Numbered from the stretch's first letter, positions 1 through 14,400 are shown. The stretch: 64,000 nt of DNA from Eledone cirrhosa (GCA_964016885.1 OZ024743.1:370078001-370142000), one strand, 5' to 3'. Notes: a model not told the origin generated them from the letters alone. Numbers and translations: made by a program.

Positions 1-98
1 TCCTGTGCTATGCCCCAGTATCTTCTTGATTAGTGCATAATAATTGTCATGCTCTCATTGTGCGTTGCCCCTGAGCGGTTGGTTCTGGTTGGGGTTGG

Positions 99-500
99 TT
101 GGCTGAGCAGTTCTGCTCCGTCAGAATGACCATTGCAAGAAGAATTGGCCGATGCAGCTGCAGGTCTCCTCCAAGAATGCACTTCTGGTCCCGCAACACC
201 AGACGAAGATGGAGAAGACGACCGGGACAAGATGTCGACTCTGACCACCGACTACGGCACCTCCCTCAACCACCGGTCCTCCCTCCCTCTGTCCCGTCAT
301 CCCTCCAGTCCACCTGCTCTCCCTTCCTGTACCAGAAAGCTGTGGCACGCATTCATCTGGACTGCCGGACTTGAACTCAAGGACAAGATGGACGGGTTGG
401 TCAAGATCAAGGATGAGCGGGACGACAAGACCGTCCGCTGCTGCTCAAGATCTGTGCTCATGGGCCCATGGGTCCATTCACATTATGCATGACACATGAG
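99..500 (+). other. GC-rich possible coding remnant of unknown identity
   Basis: Markedly more GC-rich than the flanks, with overlapping short ORFs (99-374, 133-492). I recognise no protein motif. Confidence 0.15.
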
Positions 501-504
501 GCGT

Positions 505-590
505 GTCGCCGAATGATGAAATAGGGGTATGGTTATAGCCCAATTGGTGTTCAAACCAGGATCAAATGATCCCCCCGGTCTGACGACGAC
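505..590 (+). ncRNA. Candidate box C/D snoRNA-like motif
   Basis: Box C ATGATGA at 513-519 and box D CTGA at 580-583. Terminal stem GTCGCCG (505-511) / CGACGAC (584-590) gives 6/7 pairs. No convincing guide target identified. Confidence 0.2.
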
Positions 591-680
591 CTCTGAATGT
601 GGAAACCAGAGCCTATGAATGTGGAACTCGATTTTTTACCAATAAAAATTTTGCCACTAATATTATTGTAAATTTTTTTA

Positions 681-810
681 TTTCTTGTCCAATTCTTTAA
701 AGTTTTATCTTAGTTTCTTGTCCTATTTTTTTAAAGTTTTATCTTAGTTTCTTGTCCTATTCTTTTAAAGTTTTATTTTAGTTTCTTGTCCTGTATTTTT
801 AAAGGTTTAT
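681..810. repeat. Minisatellite, ~33-34 bp unit, ~4 copies
   Basis: Repeated TTTCTTGTCCTATTYTTTTAAAGTTTTATCTTAG. Confidence 0.8.
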
Positions 811-1257
811 ATTCCAACAATATTACTTTTTTTTTGCTGTACGCATTTTTCTATCTGGTATATATATATGTATGCTTTCTTGACCAATTTTTCAGTTTTG
901 TATGGCGTTTTAACATATTTTTTAGCTGTGGCTTTTCAACTATGGAGCGCTTGCCAGCATAATTCTGATTTTTGCGTTTCGTTTCGCTTTTTCTACCCGC
1001 CGAAATGCGATTCTCGCTGAATTTATATTTTTATATATATATATAAAATGTATATATATAAAATCAACATCCCCAGTAACTTATATTATGAACAACCACC
1101 TATTTATTTATTATTTATTTATAAATCAACATCCCTCGTAACTCATATTATAAACAAACTATCCTTTTAATAAAAAAATTCATATGCTATTATTAAAATA
1201 TATATAGATATTTATATATTATTATAATAAGATAAATATTATTATAATAAGATAAAT

Positions 1258-1397
1258 TCCAGCATAGTTACGTCCCTTTACGATCTGAGTTCAAATCCCG
1301 CCGAGGTTGACTTTGCCTTTCATCCTTACGCGGTCGATAAAATAAAGTACCAGTAATGCACTGGTTGATTGCTGGCCTTGTGCCTAAAGTAGAAACA
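1258..1397 (+). mobile_element. 5'-truncated tRNA-derived SINE
   Basis: B box GAGTTCAAATCCC and core GACTTTGCCTTTCATCCTTACGCGGTCGATAAAATAAAGTACCAG, ending in GTAGAAAC. Near-identical to 50377-50561. Flanked by direct repeat ATTATAATAAGATAAAT (1241-1257, 1398-1414). Confidence 0.85.
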
Positions 1398-1634
1398 ATT
1401 ATAATAAGATAAATAATTCTCCATATAAATATAGATAAATGTCTTAATATATTTCCCCTAAATTAACATTTAAGTGGTCTTCCTTTTCCTTCTTCTTACC
1501 TTCCTTCTTCTTTAACAATTTTTGTTTGATAATTTATATAACTTCGTTAAATTAACAATATTCTGAAAACATCTCAATGTTGAAAATTTTTGAATCCACA
1601 AATTATTCTAATCTCACAACTTAAAATTTCAACA

Positions 1635-1687
1635 CATTTGTTATATACATTTGTTATATACATTTGTTATATACATTCGTTATATAA
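1635..1687. repeat. 13-bp tandem repeat x4
   Basis: ACATTTGTTATAT repeated. Confidence 0.75.
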
Positions 1688-1944
1688 AAAATCAATACAC
1701 ACGCAACTTATTAATATATATAATGATATTTATATACATATAACCTATCCTAATGTAATAAGATAAAAATACTTACAACCATAAGTCTTCATATAATTTA
1801 TATACAATATTACTCATAATATAGGTAACAAATTTTTTCCCCCAAATTAACGTTATTCCTCTCTCTTTCTCTTCCTTCCTTATCACAATTATTTAAATTT
1901 TCCATAGCGTCTAAAATAACATCTTTTCAGCCCTTTAATATAAA

Positions 1945-2175
1945 CATCATTTGCATACTCATATAATAATTTTAAATAACTGGCCTTTCTTCTCTCTTCC
2001 CTTCACTTCCCAGGGATAACTTGAACCGTTAAGGTATATTATCCTTGGTCATGTCAAATATTTATAAAACATTTTGTATTTTATCTGATGATAGCGTACC
2101 CTTGAATATATATAATAGAATAAATATGGTTTTATAAATATAGTTTCCATTTATTTAATATCATTGTATATATAT
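1945..2175 (+). repeat. Dispersed AT-rich repeat with a degenerate hammerhead motif (Penelope pseudo-LTR-like)
   Basis: CTGATGA at 2085-2091 followed by GAATA. Homologous in inverted orientation to 3745-4002 (shared CATTTGCATACTCA, AACCGTTAAGGT, TTGTATTTTATCTGATGA, ATAAATATGGTTTTATA, TAGTTTCCATTT). Confidence 0.6.
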
Positions 2176-2176
2176 A

Positions 2177-3648
2177 GAGGAGCAATTATAGGGGTATAAA
2201 ACTGATAGATCAGGTTATGAAAGTGGCAGAAAGGATTTTAGCACAACTAATTAGAGAAAGGGTCAAACTAGATGAGATGCAGTTTGGTTTTGTGCCTGGG
2301 AAGAGTACAACAGATGCCCTCTTCTTGGTGAGACAAATGCAAGAGAGATTCTTAGAGAAGAATAAGCCACTATACTTAGCCTTTGTTGACCTAGAGAAGG
2401 CCTTTGATAGGGTACCCCGATCTGTCATCTGGTGGTCCCTAAGGAAGCTAGGTGTTGAGGAATGGCTTGTGAGGACAGTGCAAACTTTGTACAGAGGTAC
2501 TCTCAGTAAAGTCAGGGTAGGAATGGAGTTTAGTGAGGAATTCCAGATACAAGTAGGAGTACATCAGGGTTCGGTCCTCAGCCCGCTCTTGTTCATTATA
2601 GTCCTCCAAGCCATAACAGAGGAGTTTAAGACTGGCTGTCCATGGGAACTTCTCTATGCTGACGATCTGGCTCTTATAGCAGAATCAGTAGAGGAGCTAG
2701 AGAATAAATTCCGGCTATGGAAACAGCAGTTGGAAGCAAGAGGACTGAGAGTGAATCTAGCTAAGACAAAAGTGTTGATGAGTAGAAAAGAGGACAAAAC
2801 CCTGATTCCGTCAGGGAAATGGCCATGTTCGATATGCAGAAAAGGAACTGGCATAAATTCTATAAAATGCACACAATGCAGGTCCTGGGTACACAAGAGA
2901 TGTAGCGGGATAGCAGGCAAACTAACAGGTAGGGAGAAATATGTATGCAGTAGATGTACAGGGAAATTAGACAGTAGAAGTCGCACTGATAGACACATTT
3001 TTCAAATGCGAGAGGGCGCTATAGAAGTGGTGGATAGCTTCCGGTACCTAGGAGATCAGATTAGCATGGGAGGAGGGTGTTCCGAGGCCATAGTATCTAG
3101 AATAAGGACGGGTTGGAAGAAGTTTAGGGAGCTGCTTCCTCTGTTGATGAAGAAAGGTTTCTCCCTGCGTACGAAAGGCCGGTTGTATGATGCCTGTGTG
3201 AGGAGCGCGATGCTGCATGGTAGTGAGACATGGGCAGCAACCGCAGAGGATATGCGACGGCTGGAGAGAAATGAGGCAAGCATGCTCCGTTGGATGTGCG
3301 TGAACGACCCAGCATAAATGTGTTGAGAGAGAAACTGTGTCTGAGAGGGATAGAATGTAGTGTATGGGAGAGGAGACTGAGGTGGTTCGGACATGTGATG
3401 CGCATGGAGGATGACCGATGGGTGAAGAAGTGCCAGGAAATGCCAGTTGAAGGAAGACGTGGTAGAGGTAGACCACGAAAAACATGGGCGGAGGTGGTGA
3501 GAACAGACCTCAGATCATTGAAGCTCACGGCGGAGATGACGAGGGACCGTGACGAGTGGAGAGATGCTGTGCTGAATAAGACCCGTCCCACCCTTGCAAG
3601 CAGGGAAAAGCGGACGTAAAATGATGATGATGATGATGATGATGATGA
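2177..3648 (+). mobile_element. 5'-truncated RTE-clade LINE (RT, PHD-like finger, 3' end)
   Basis: ORF 2217-3317 carries QFGF, FVDLEKAFD, GVHQGSVLSPLLF, LLYADDL and YLG. After one frameshift (3290-3619) come RRLRWFGHVMRM and RGRGRPRKTW. (ATG)n tail at 3621-3648. Confidence 0.93.
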
Positions 3649-3744
3649 TATATATATATATATATATGCAGAGGTTATATTTAATTTGTTGGGATTCAAC
3701 AAGCTTAAAAAATGTTATAACTGATATAAAGCACTCAACAAGGA

Positions 3745-4002
3745 GTGAAGTAAATATACAATATATTAACAAATGGAAACTATATATATAAAACCATATT
3801 TATCTTATTATACATATTTCATGGGCCACCAAGGCAAATTATGGTGCGCTTTCATCAGATAAAATACAATACAGATTAGTTTTATAAATAAATATTGACA
3901 TACCCTGAAAAAAGACAACCTTAACGGTTGGAGCTTCCTGGATAGTGGAGATATTACATTTATTGAGGGTGAAAGAAAGTTATGATTGAGTATGCAAATG
4001 AT
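3745..4002 (-). repeat. Inverted second copy of the hammerhead-bearing repeat
   Basis: Minus strand reads TTTTAT-CTGATGA-aagcgcacca...tggtggcccat-GAAA-tatgtata-ATA (TCATCAG at 3852-3858, TTTC at 3817-3820). Confidence 0.6.
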
Positions 4003-4174
4003 TGTTCGAAAGGTTGAAAAGGTAACGGTTTATTTAAATTAAACTGTTGGAAGAAGGTGATATTGTGAGGGAGAGAGAAAAAAAAGAAAGAAAGAAAGAA
4101 AAAAGAAGGAATGATTATATATATTTGACAGTGAAAATAGTGTGAAGAGAGGAGAGCGTAATTATATTTTTAAG

Positions 4175-4403
4175 TTAGGGGATATATGAACTGGTTAGTA
4201 GGGGAGAGATAGCTGGTTAATATGGGATATATGAATTGGTTAGTAGGGGATATATGAACTGGTTATTAGGGGATGGATGAGATGGTTATTAGGGGATAGA
4301 TAGCTGGTTAGTAGGGGATAGATGAACTGGTTAGTAGGGGATATATGAACTAGTTAGTAGGGGATATATGAGTTGGGTAGTAGGGAATATATGAATTGGT
4401 TAC
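4175..4403 (-). repeat. Short array (~10 units) of the 23-bp satellite in opposite orientation
   Basis: GGTTAGTAGGGGATATATGAACT units, the reverse complement of the main array. Confidence 0.93.
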
Positions 4404-4435
4404 TCTTAATAACCACAAATGTTCTTTTATGAATA

Positions 4436-4690
4436 TTGGTAAAAATATCTTTAACTTTTCTATCTAACTTGCTATGGGACCTGAAATCAAAGAACATTAA
4501 CTATTCTTTACTTTGGAATATTATCTCAAAAGCTCCTTCATACACTGCCTTATCCAAAAATTGCTCTCTTTGTGTCGAAGAAATATTCTTTATACTAAAA
4601 AGTAAGAACTCTATTAATTTGAGGAATAATTTATTTAGTTCTTGCAAACATCGTTTAAATTCAACTTTTAAATATATATATAAAATGTAA
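4436..4690 (+). mobile_element. Penelope-like element, C-terminal GIY-YIG endonuclease fragment
   Basis: LSNLLWDLKSKNINYSLLWNIISKAPSY...CSLCVEEIFFIL...INLRNNLFSSCKH fits the typical PLE C-terminus (W-x-I...CxLCxxE...N...C-x-H). Confidence 0.7.
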
Positions 4691-5472
4691 TATACGACTT
4701 ATCTCTTTTACATAATGTCTTCTATATCCATATATGATTCATATACTTAATTTATTTTCTATTATTACACCTATCAATAGATTATTAAATTCCTTTATAT
4801 GACTGCTTGAAACTCCTTTAAGGAAAATTTTTTCTTGAAAAACTTACTGAAGGGTTTATGAAAATCTTTTGAAAATTCCTTTGAAGGATATAGTAAAACT
4901 ATATTTTTATATTTTTATATTCTTATATTTTCAAAGTTTTTAAGATATATATCCAAATGTTTATATATATGTGGAAAAACATGGTTTTTTGTATATATGT
5001 GAAGTAACCTATGGTTTATGCTTTAAATGTATTCTTATGAAAAAATGTTTAAATGTTCTAACTTTATAGCATTTAATCCTTAGAGTCATCTGAGTTCTTA
5101 AAAAATCACTTATAACTTCCTTTACGCTCCTTTACTGTTTTTATAATATAACTAAGTGGTTATTCTTTTGTAAACTCTCGAAAATTTTCCATAAATTTAG
5201 AATTATTTGCATATTTTAAGTTTTTGACTTACTACTTTTAATTAATAAAATAAACTATAATATATATCCTTAACATACACATTTAAACAAATTATTAAAT
5301 TAAATTAAACCTTTAATCAAATTTTTTTCAACCTATAATTATAAATATTATAATCAAAATATAACGAATCCTGCATTATAAATATTATTAATCCACGCTA
5401 TCCTCATTTCCTCATTTCTTCTTTTTCCACTCACGTAAATATACTTACGCTGTATTTGTCCATTGTATCAAT

Positions 5473-8400
5473 TACTAACCAGCTCATATATCCCATACTA
5501 ACCAGTTCAACTATCCCCTACTAACCAGCTCATATATCCCATATAAACCAGATCATCTACCATACTATTCAGCTCATCTATCCTCTACTAACCAGTTCTT
5601 ATATACTCTACTAACTAGTTCATATATCCCCTAATAACCAGCTCATATATTCACTACTAACTAGTTCAAATATCCTCTACTAACCAGCTCATCTATCCCT
5701 ACTACCCAGCTCATATATCCCTACTAACCAGCTCATATATACCCTACTAACCAGTTCATATATCCCCTACTAACCAGCTCATCTATCACCTACTAACCAG
5801 TTCATATATCCCCTACTAACCAGATTATATATGACCTACTAACTAGCTCATATATCCCCTATTAATCAGCTCAGATATCCCCTACTAACCAGCTCATATA
5901 TCCCCTACTAACCAGCTAATATTTCCCCTACTAAACAGCTCATATATCCCCTAATAACCAGCTCATATATCCCATACTAACCAGCTCATATTTCCCCTAC
6001 CAACCAGCTCGTATATCCCTAAATAACTAGCTCATATATCCCCTACTAACCAGTTCATCTATGCCCTATTACCCAGCTCATCTATCCCCTAATAACCATC
6101 TCATTCATCCCCTAATAAGCAGTTCATATATCCCCTACTAATCGATTCATATACCCCATACTAACCAGTTCATATATCCCCTACTAACCTGTTCATATAT
6201 CCCCTACTACCCAGCTAATATACCCCCTACTAACGAGTTCATATATCCCCTACTAATCAGTTCTTATATCCCATACTAACTAGTTCATATATTCCCTACT
6301 AACCAACTCATATATAGCCTACTAACTAGTTCATATATCCCCTACTAACCAGTTCATATATCCCCTACTAACCAGTTCATATAGCCCCTACTAACCAGCT
6401 AAAATAACCCCTACTAACTAGTTCCTATATGCTCTACTAACCAGCTCATCTATCCCCTACTAACCAGCTCATCTATCCCCTACTAGCCAGTTCATATATC
6501 CCCTACTAACCAGCTCATCTATCCCCTACTAACCAGTTCATATATCCTCTACTAACAAGTTCATATATCCCCTACTAACCAGCTCATCTATCCCCTACTA
6601 ACCAGCTCATCTATCCCCTACTAACCAGCTCATCTATCCCCTACTAACCAGTTCATATATCCCCTACTAACCAGCTCATCTATCCCCTACTAACCAGTTC
6701 ATATATCCCCTACTAACCAGCTCATCTATCCCCTACTAACCAGTTCATATATCCCCTACTAACCAGTTCATATATCCCCTACTAACCAGCTCATCTATCC
6801 CCTACTAACCAGCTCATCTATCCCCTACTAACCAGCTCATCTATCCCCTACTAACCAGTTCATATATCCCCTACTAACCAGCTCATCTATCCCCTACTAA
6901 CCAGTTCATATATCCCCTACTAACCAGCTCATCTATCCCCTACTAACCAGCTCATCTATCCCCTACTAACCAGCTCATATATCCACTAATAGCCAGCTCA
7001 TATAACACCTACTAACCAGTTCATCTATCCCCTACTAACTAGCTATCTATCCCCTAATAACCTTCTCATCCATCCCCTAATAACCAGTTCAAATCTCCCC
7101 TACTAACCAGTTCATATATACACTACTAACCAGCTCATATATCCCCTACTAACCAGTTCATATATCTCTACTAACCAGTTCATATATCCACTAATAAACA
7201 GTTCATATATCCCCTACTAACCAGCTCATATATCCTTTACTAACCAGCTAATATTTCCCATACTAACCAGCCCATATATCCCCTAATAACCAGCTCATAT
7301 ATCCCATACTAACCAGCTCATATTTCCCCTACTAACCAGCACATATATCCCATACGGACCAACTCATATATCCCCTACCAACCAGCTCGTATATCCCTAA
7401 ATAACTGGCTCATATATCCCCTACTAACCAGTTCATATATCCCATAATAACCATCTCATCCATCCCCTAATAAGCAGTTCATATATCCCCTACTAACCTG
7501 TTCATATATCCCCTACTAACCAGTTCATATATCCCATATTAACCAGTTCATATATCACCTACTAACCAACTCATATATCCCCTAATACCCAGCTCATATA
7601 TACCCTAGTAACCAGTTCATATATCCCCTACTAACCAGTTCATATATTCCCTAAACACCAACTAATATATCCCCTACTAACTAGTTCATATATCCCCTAC
7701 TAACCAGTTCATCTATCCCTTACTAACCAGCTATCTATCCCCTAATAACCATGTCATCCATCCCTTAAAAACCAGTTCATATATCCCCTACTAACCAATT
7801 CATAAATCCCTACTAACCAATTCATAAATCCCTACTAACCAATTCATAAATCCCTACTAACAAATTCATAAATCCCAGCTATCTCTACTCTACTGACCAG
7901 TTCATATTTCCGCTACTAACCAGTTCGTATATATCCCATATAAACCAGCTCATCTATCCCCTACTATCTAGTTCATATACCCCCTACTAACGAGTTCATA
8001 TATACCCTACTAATCAGTTCATATATTCCCTACTAACATCTCATATATAGCCTACTAACTAGTTCATATATCCCCTACTAACCAGTTCATATATCCCCTA
8101 CTAACCAGCTCATATTTCCCCTGCTAACCAGCTCATATATCCCCTACTAACCAGTTCATATATCCCCAACTAATTAGTTCATATATCCCCCACTAACCAG
8201 CTCATATTTCCCCTACTAACTAGTTCCTATATCCCCTACTAACCAGTTCATATATCCCCTAATAACCATCTCATCCATCCCCTAATAAGCAATTCATATA
8301 TCCCCTACTAACCAGTTCATCTATCCCCTACTAACCAGCTACATATCCTCTAATAACCATGTCATGCATCCCCTACTAGCCAATTCATATATCCCATGTT

Positions 8401-11400
8401 GACGAGCTATCTCTCCCCTAATAACCAGTTCATATTTCCCCTACTAAACAGTTCATATATCCCATATGAACAAGCTCATCTATCCCCTACTACCAAGCTC
8501 ATATAAACCCTACTAACGAGTTCATATATCCCCTACTAACCAGTTCATATATCCCATACTAACTAGTTCATATATCCCCTACTAACCAGTTCATCTATCC
8601 CCTACAAACTCGCTCATATATCCCCTACTAACCAGCTGATATATCCCCTACAAACCAGTTCATATATCCCCTACTATCTAGTTCATATATCCCCTACTAA
8701 CCAGTTAAAATATCCCCTACTAACTAGTTCCTATATGCTGAACTAACCATGTCATCCATCCCCTAATAACCAGTTCATATATCCCCTAATAACCAATTCA
8801 TATATCCCATATTAACCAGCTATCTCTCCCCTACTAACCAGTTCATATTTCCCATACTAAACAGTTCATATATCCCATATAAACCAGCTCATCTAACCCG
8901 TATTATTCAGCTCATATATCCCCTAATAACTAGTTCATATATCCCCTACTAACCAGTTCATATATCCCCTATTAACCAGCTCATATATCCACTAATAGCC
9001 AGCTCATATAACACCTACTAACCAGTTCATCTATCCCCTACTAACTAGCTATCTATCCCCTAATAACCTTCTCATCCATCCCCTAATAACCAGTTGAAAT
9101 CTCCCCTACTAACCAGTTCATATATCTCTACTAACCAGTTCATATATCCACCAATAAACAGTTCATATATCCCCTACTAACCAGATCATATACCTCCTAC
9201 TAAACAGTTTGTATATCCCCTAGTAACCAGTTCATATATCCTGTACTAACCAGCTCATATATCACCTACTAACCAGCTCATATATCCTCTACTAACCTGC
9301 TCATATATCCCATACTAATCAGCTCATATTTCCCCTACTAACAAGCAGATATATCCCATACGAACCAGCTCATATATCCCCTACCAACCAGTTCATCTAT
9401 CCCCTACTAACCAGCTAATCTATCCCCTAGTAGCCAGCCTATATATCCTTCTAATAAGCAGCTCATATATCCCATACAAACCAGCTCAAATTTCCCCTAC
9501 TAACCAGCACATATATCCCATAAGAACCAGCTCATATATCCCCTACCAACCAGCTCGTATATCTCTAAATAACTAGCTCATATATCCCCTAGTAACCAGT
9601 TCATTTATCCCCTACTAACCAGCCCATTATATCCCCTACTAACCAGTTCATATATCCTCTAATAACCATCTCATCCATCCCCTAATAACCAGTTCATATA
9701 TACCCTACTAACCAGTTCATATATCACCTAGTAACCAACTCATATATCCCCTACGACCCAACGCATATTTACCCTACTAACCAGTTCATATATCCCCTAC
9801 TAACCAGTTCATATATTCCCTAACAACCAACTCATATATCCCCTACTAACCAGCTCATATATCCCCTACCAACCAGTTCATCTATCCCCTACTAACCAGC
9901 TAATCTATCACCTAGTAGCCAGCTTATATATCCTTTATTAACCAGTTCATCTATCCCCTAATAAACATCTCATCCATCCCCTAAAAAAGCAGTTCATATA
10001 TCCCATACTAACCGATTCATATACCCCATACTAACCAGTTCATATATCCCATATTAACCAGTTCATATATCACCTGCTAACCAACTCATATATACCCTAC
10101 TAACCAATTCATATATCCCATAATTACCAGCTATCTCTCCCCTACTAACCAGTTCATATATCCCCTACTAACCAGTTCATATATCCCCTACCAACTAGTT
10201 CATATACCCCCTACTAAACAGTTCATATATCCCCTACTAACCAGCTCATATATCCCCTACTAACCAGCTCATATATCCCCTACTAACTACCTCATATATC
10301 CCCTACTAACCAGCTAATATTTCCCATACTAACCAGCTCATATATCCACGAATAAGCAGTTCATATATCCCCTACTAACCAATTCATATATCCCATATTG
10401 ACCAGCTATTTCTCCCCTACTAAACAGTTCATATTTCCCCTACTAACCAGTTCATATATCCCATATAAATCAGCTCATCTATCCCCTACTACCCAGCTCA
10501 TGTACCCCCTACTAACGAGTTCATATATGCCCTACTACCCAGCTCATATATCCCCTACTAAGCAGCTCATATATCCCATACTAACCAGCTCATATATCCC
10601 ATACTAACCAATTCATATATCCCCTACTAACCAGATCATATATCCCCTACTAACTAGCTCATCTATCCCCTACAGACCAGTTCATATATCCCCTACTAAC
10701 TAGTTCCTATACCTCCTATTAAACAGTTCGTATATCCTCTTATAACGAGTTCAGATATCCTGTACTAACCAGCTCATATATCCCCTACTAACCAGCTCAT
10801 ATATCCTCTACTAACCTGCTAATATATCCCCTACTAACCAGCTCATATATCCCCTAATAACCAGCTCATATTTCCCCTACTAAACAGCACATATATCCCA
10901 TACGAACCAGCTCATATATCCTCTACCAACCAGTTCATCTATCCCCTACTAGCCAGCCGATATATCCTTTACTAACCAGTTCATCTATCCCCTAATAACA
11001 ATCTCATCCATCCCCTAAAAAGCAATTCATATATCCCCTACTAACCAATTCATATACCCCATACTAACCAGTTCATATATCCTTTACTAACCAGCTATCT
11101 ATCCCCTAATAACCATGTCATCCATCCCTTAATAACCAGTTCATATATCCCCTACTAACCAATTCATATATCCGATATAAACCAGCCTATCTATCCCCTA
11201 CTACCCAGCTCTTATACCCCCCTACTAATGAGTTCATATATCCCCTACTAAACAGTTCATATATCCCCTACTAACTAGTTCATATATGCTCTACTAAACA
11301 GCTCATCCATCCCCTACTAACCAGCTCATATATCCCCTACTAACCAGCTGATATATCCCCTAATAACCAGCTCATATATCCCATACTAACCAGCTCATAT

Positions 11401-14400
11401 TACCCCTACTAACCAGCACATATATCCCTAAATAACTAGCTCATCTATCCCCTACTAACCAGCTCATATATCGCCAACTAACCAGTTCATATATCCCCTA
11501 CTAACCAGCTCATATATGCCCTACTAACCAGCTCATATAAAACCTACTAACCAGTTCATCTATCCCCTACTAACCAGTTCATCTATCCCCTACTAACCAA
11601 TTCATATATCCCATAATTACCAGCTATATCTCCCCTACTAACCAGTTCATATATCCCCTACTAACCAGTTCATATATCCCCTACTAACTAGTTCATATAC
11701 CCCCTACTAAACAGTTCATATATCCCCTACTAACCAGCACATATATCCCATACGAACCAGCTCATATATCCCCTACCAACCAGCTCGTATATCTCTAAAT
11801 AACTAGCTCATATATCCCCTAGTAACCAGTTCATCTATCCCCTACTAACCATCTCATCCATCCCCTAATAACCAGTTCATATATCCCCTACTAACCTGTT
11901 CATATATCCCTTACTATCCAGTTCATATATACCCTACTAACCAGCTCATATAAAACCTACTAACCAGTTCATCTATCCCCTACTAACCAATTCATATATC
12001 CCATAATTACCAGCTATATCTCCCCTACTAACCAGTTCATATATCCCCTACTAACCAGTTCATATATCCCCTACTAACTAGTTCATATACCCCCTACTAA
12101 ACAGTTCATATATCCCCTACTAACCAGTTCATATATCCCCTACTAACTAGTTCATATATCCCCTACTAACCAGTAAATCTATCCCCTACTAACAAGCTAT
12201 CAATCCCCTAATAACCATGTCATCCATCCCCTAATAACCAGTTCATATATCCCCTACTAACCAATTCATATATCCCATGTTGACCAGCTATTTCTCCCCT
12301 ACTAACCAGTTCATATTTCCCCTACCAACCAGTTCATATATCCCATATAAATCAGCTCATCTATCCCCTACTACCCAGCTCATGTACCCCCTACTAACGA
12401 GTTCATATATGCCGTACTAAGCAGCTCATATATCCCATACTAACCAGTTCATATATCCCCTACTAACCAGATCATATATCCCCTACTAACTAGCTCATCT
12501 ATCCCCTACAGACCAGTTCATATATCCCCTACTAACTAGTTCCTATACCTCCTACTAAACAGTTCGTATATCCCCTAATAACGAGTTCAGATATCCTGTA
12601 CTAACCAGCTCATATATCCCCTACTAACCTGCTAATATATCCCCTACTAACCAGCTCATATATCCCCTAATAACCAGCTCATATATCCCATACTAACCAG
12701 CTCATATTTCCCCTACTAAACAGCACATATATCCCATACGAACCAGCTCAGATATCCCCTACCATCCACTTCATCTATCCCCTACTAGCCAGCCGATATA
12801 TCCTTTACTAACCAGTTCATCTATCCCCTAATAACAATCTCATCCATCCCCTAAAAAGCAATTCATATATCCCCTACTAACCAATTCATAACCCCATCCT
12901 AACCAGTTCATATATGCCATATTTACCAGTTCATATATCACCTACTAACCAGTTCATCTATCCCCTACTAACCAGCTATCTATCCCCTAATAACCATGTC
13001 ATCCATTCCTTAATAACCAGTTCATATATCCCCTACTAGCCAATTCATATAACCCATGTTGACCAGCTATATCTCCCCTACTAACGAGTTCATATTTCCA
13101 CTACTAACCAGTTCACATATCCCATATAAACCAGCTCATCTATCCCCTACTACCCAGCTGATATACCCCCTACTAACGAGTTCATATATCCCCTAATAAC
13201 CAGTTCATATATCCCATACTAACTAGTTCATATATTCACTACTACCCAGCTCATATATACACTACTAACCAGTTCATATATTCCCTACTAACCAGTTCAT
13301 CTATCCCATACTAACCATTTCATATATTCTCTACCAACCAAATTATATATCCCCTAATAACTAGTTCATATATCCCCTACTAACCAGTTAGTCTATCCCC
13401 TACTAACCAGCTATCTATCCACTAATAACTATGTTATCCATCCCCTAATAACCAGTTCATATATCCCCTACTAACCAATTATTATATCCCATATTTACCA
13501 GCTATGTCTCCCCTACTAACCAGCTCATATATCCCCTACTTACCAGTTCATATATCCCCTACTAACCAGCTCATCTATGCCTTACTAACCAGCTCATATT
13601 ACCCCTACTAACCAGCACATATATCCCTAAATAACTAGCTCATCTATCCCCTACTAACCAGCTCATATATCGCCAACTAACCAGTTCATATATCCCCAAC
13701 TAACCAGTTCATATATCCCCTACTAACCAGCTCATATATGCCCTACTAATAAGCTCATATATCCCCTAATAACCAGCACATATAAAACCTACTAACCAGT
13801 TCATCTATCCCCTAATAACCATCTCATCCATCCCCTAACAAGCAGTTCATATATCCCCTACTAACCAATTCATAACCCCATACTAACCAGTTCATATATG
13901 CCCTACTAACCTGTGCATATATACCCTACTATCCAGTTCATATATCCCATATTAACCAGTTCAAATATCACCTGCTAACCAACTCATATATCCCCTATTA
14001 ACCAATACATATATCCCATAATTACCAGCTATCTCTCCCCTACTAACCAGTTCATATATCCCCTACTAACCAGTTCATATATCCCCTACTAACTCTTTAA
14101 TATACCCCCTACAAAACAGTTCATATATCCCCTACTGACCAGCACATATATCCCCTAATAACCAGCTCATATATCCCCTAATAACTAGCTCATATATGCC
14201 CACCTAACCAGCTAATATTTCCCATACTAACCAGTTCATATATCCCCTACTAACCAGCTCGTATATCTCTAAATAACTAGCTGATATATCCCCTAGTAAC
14301 CAGGTCATCTATCCTCTACTAACCAGTTCATATATCTTCTAATAACCATCTCATCCATCCCCTAATAACCAATTCATATATACCCTACTAACCAGTTCAT

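Noticed and set aside
580-606. Hammerhead from CTGACGA...GAAAC
   Set aside because: Helix II barely pairs and no convincing helix I/III or NUH site follows.
2217-3619. Intact host or autonomous RT gene
   Set aside because: 5'-truncated (no endonuclease), frameshifted near 3300, and ends in a retrotransposon tail.
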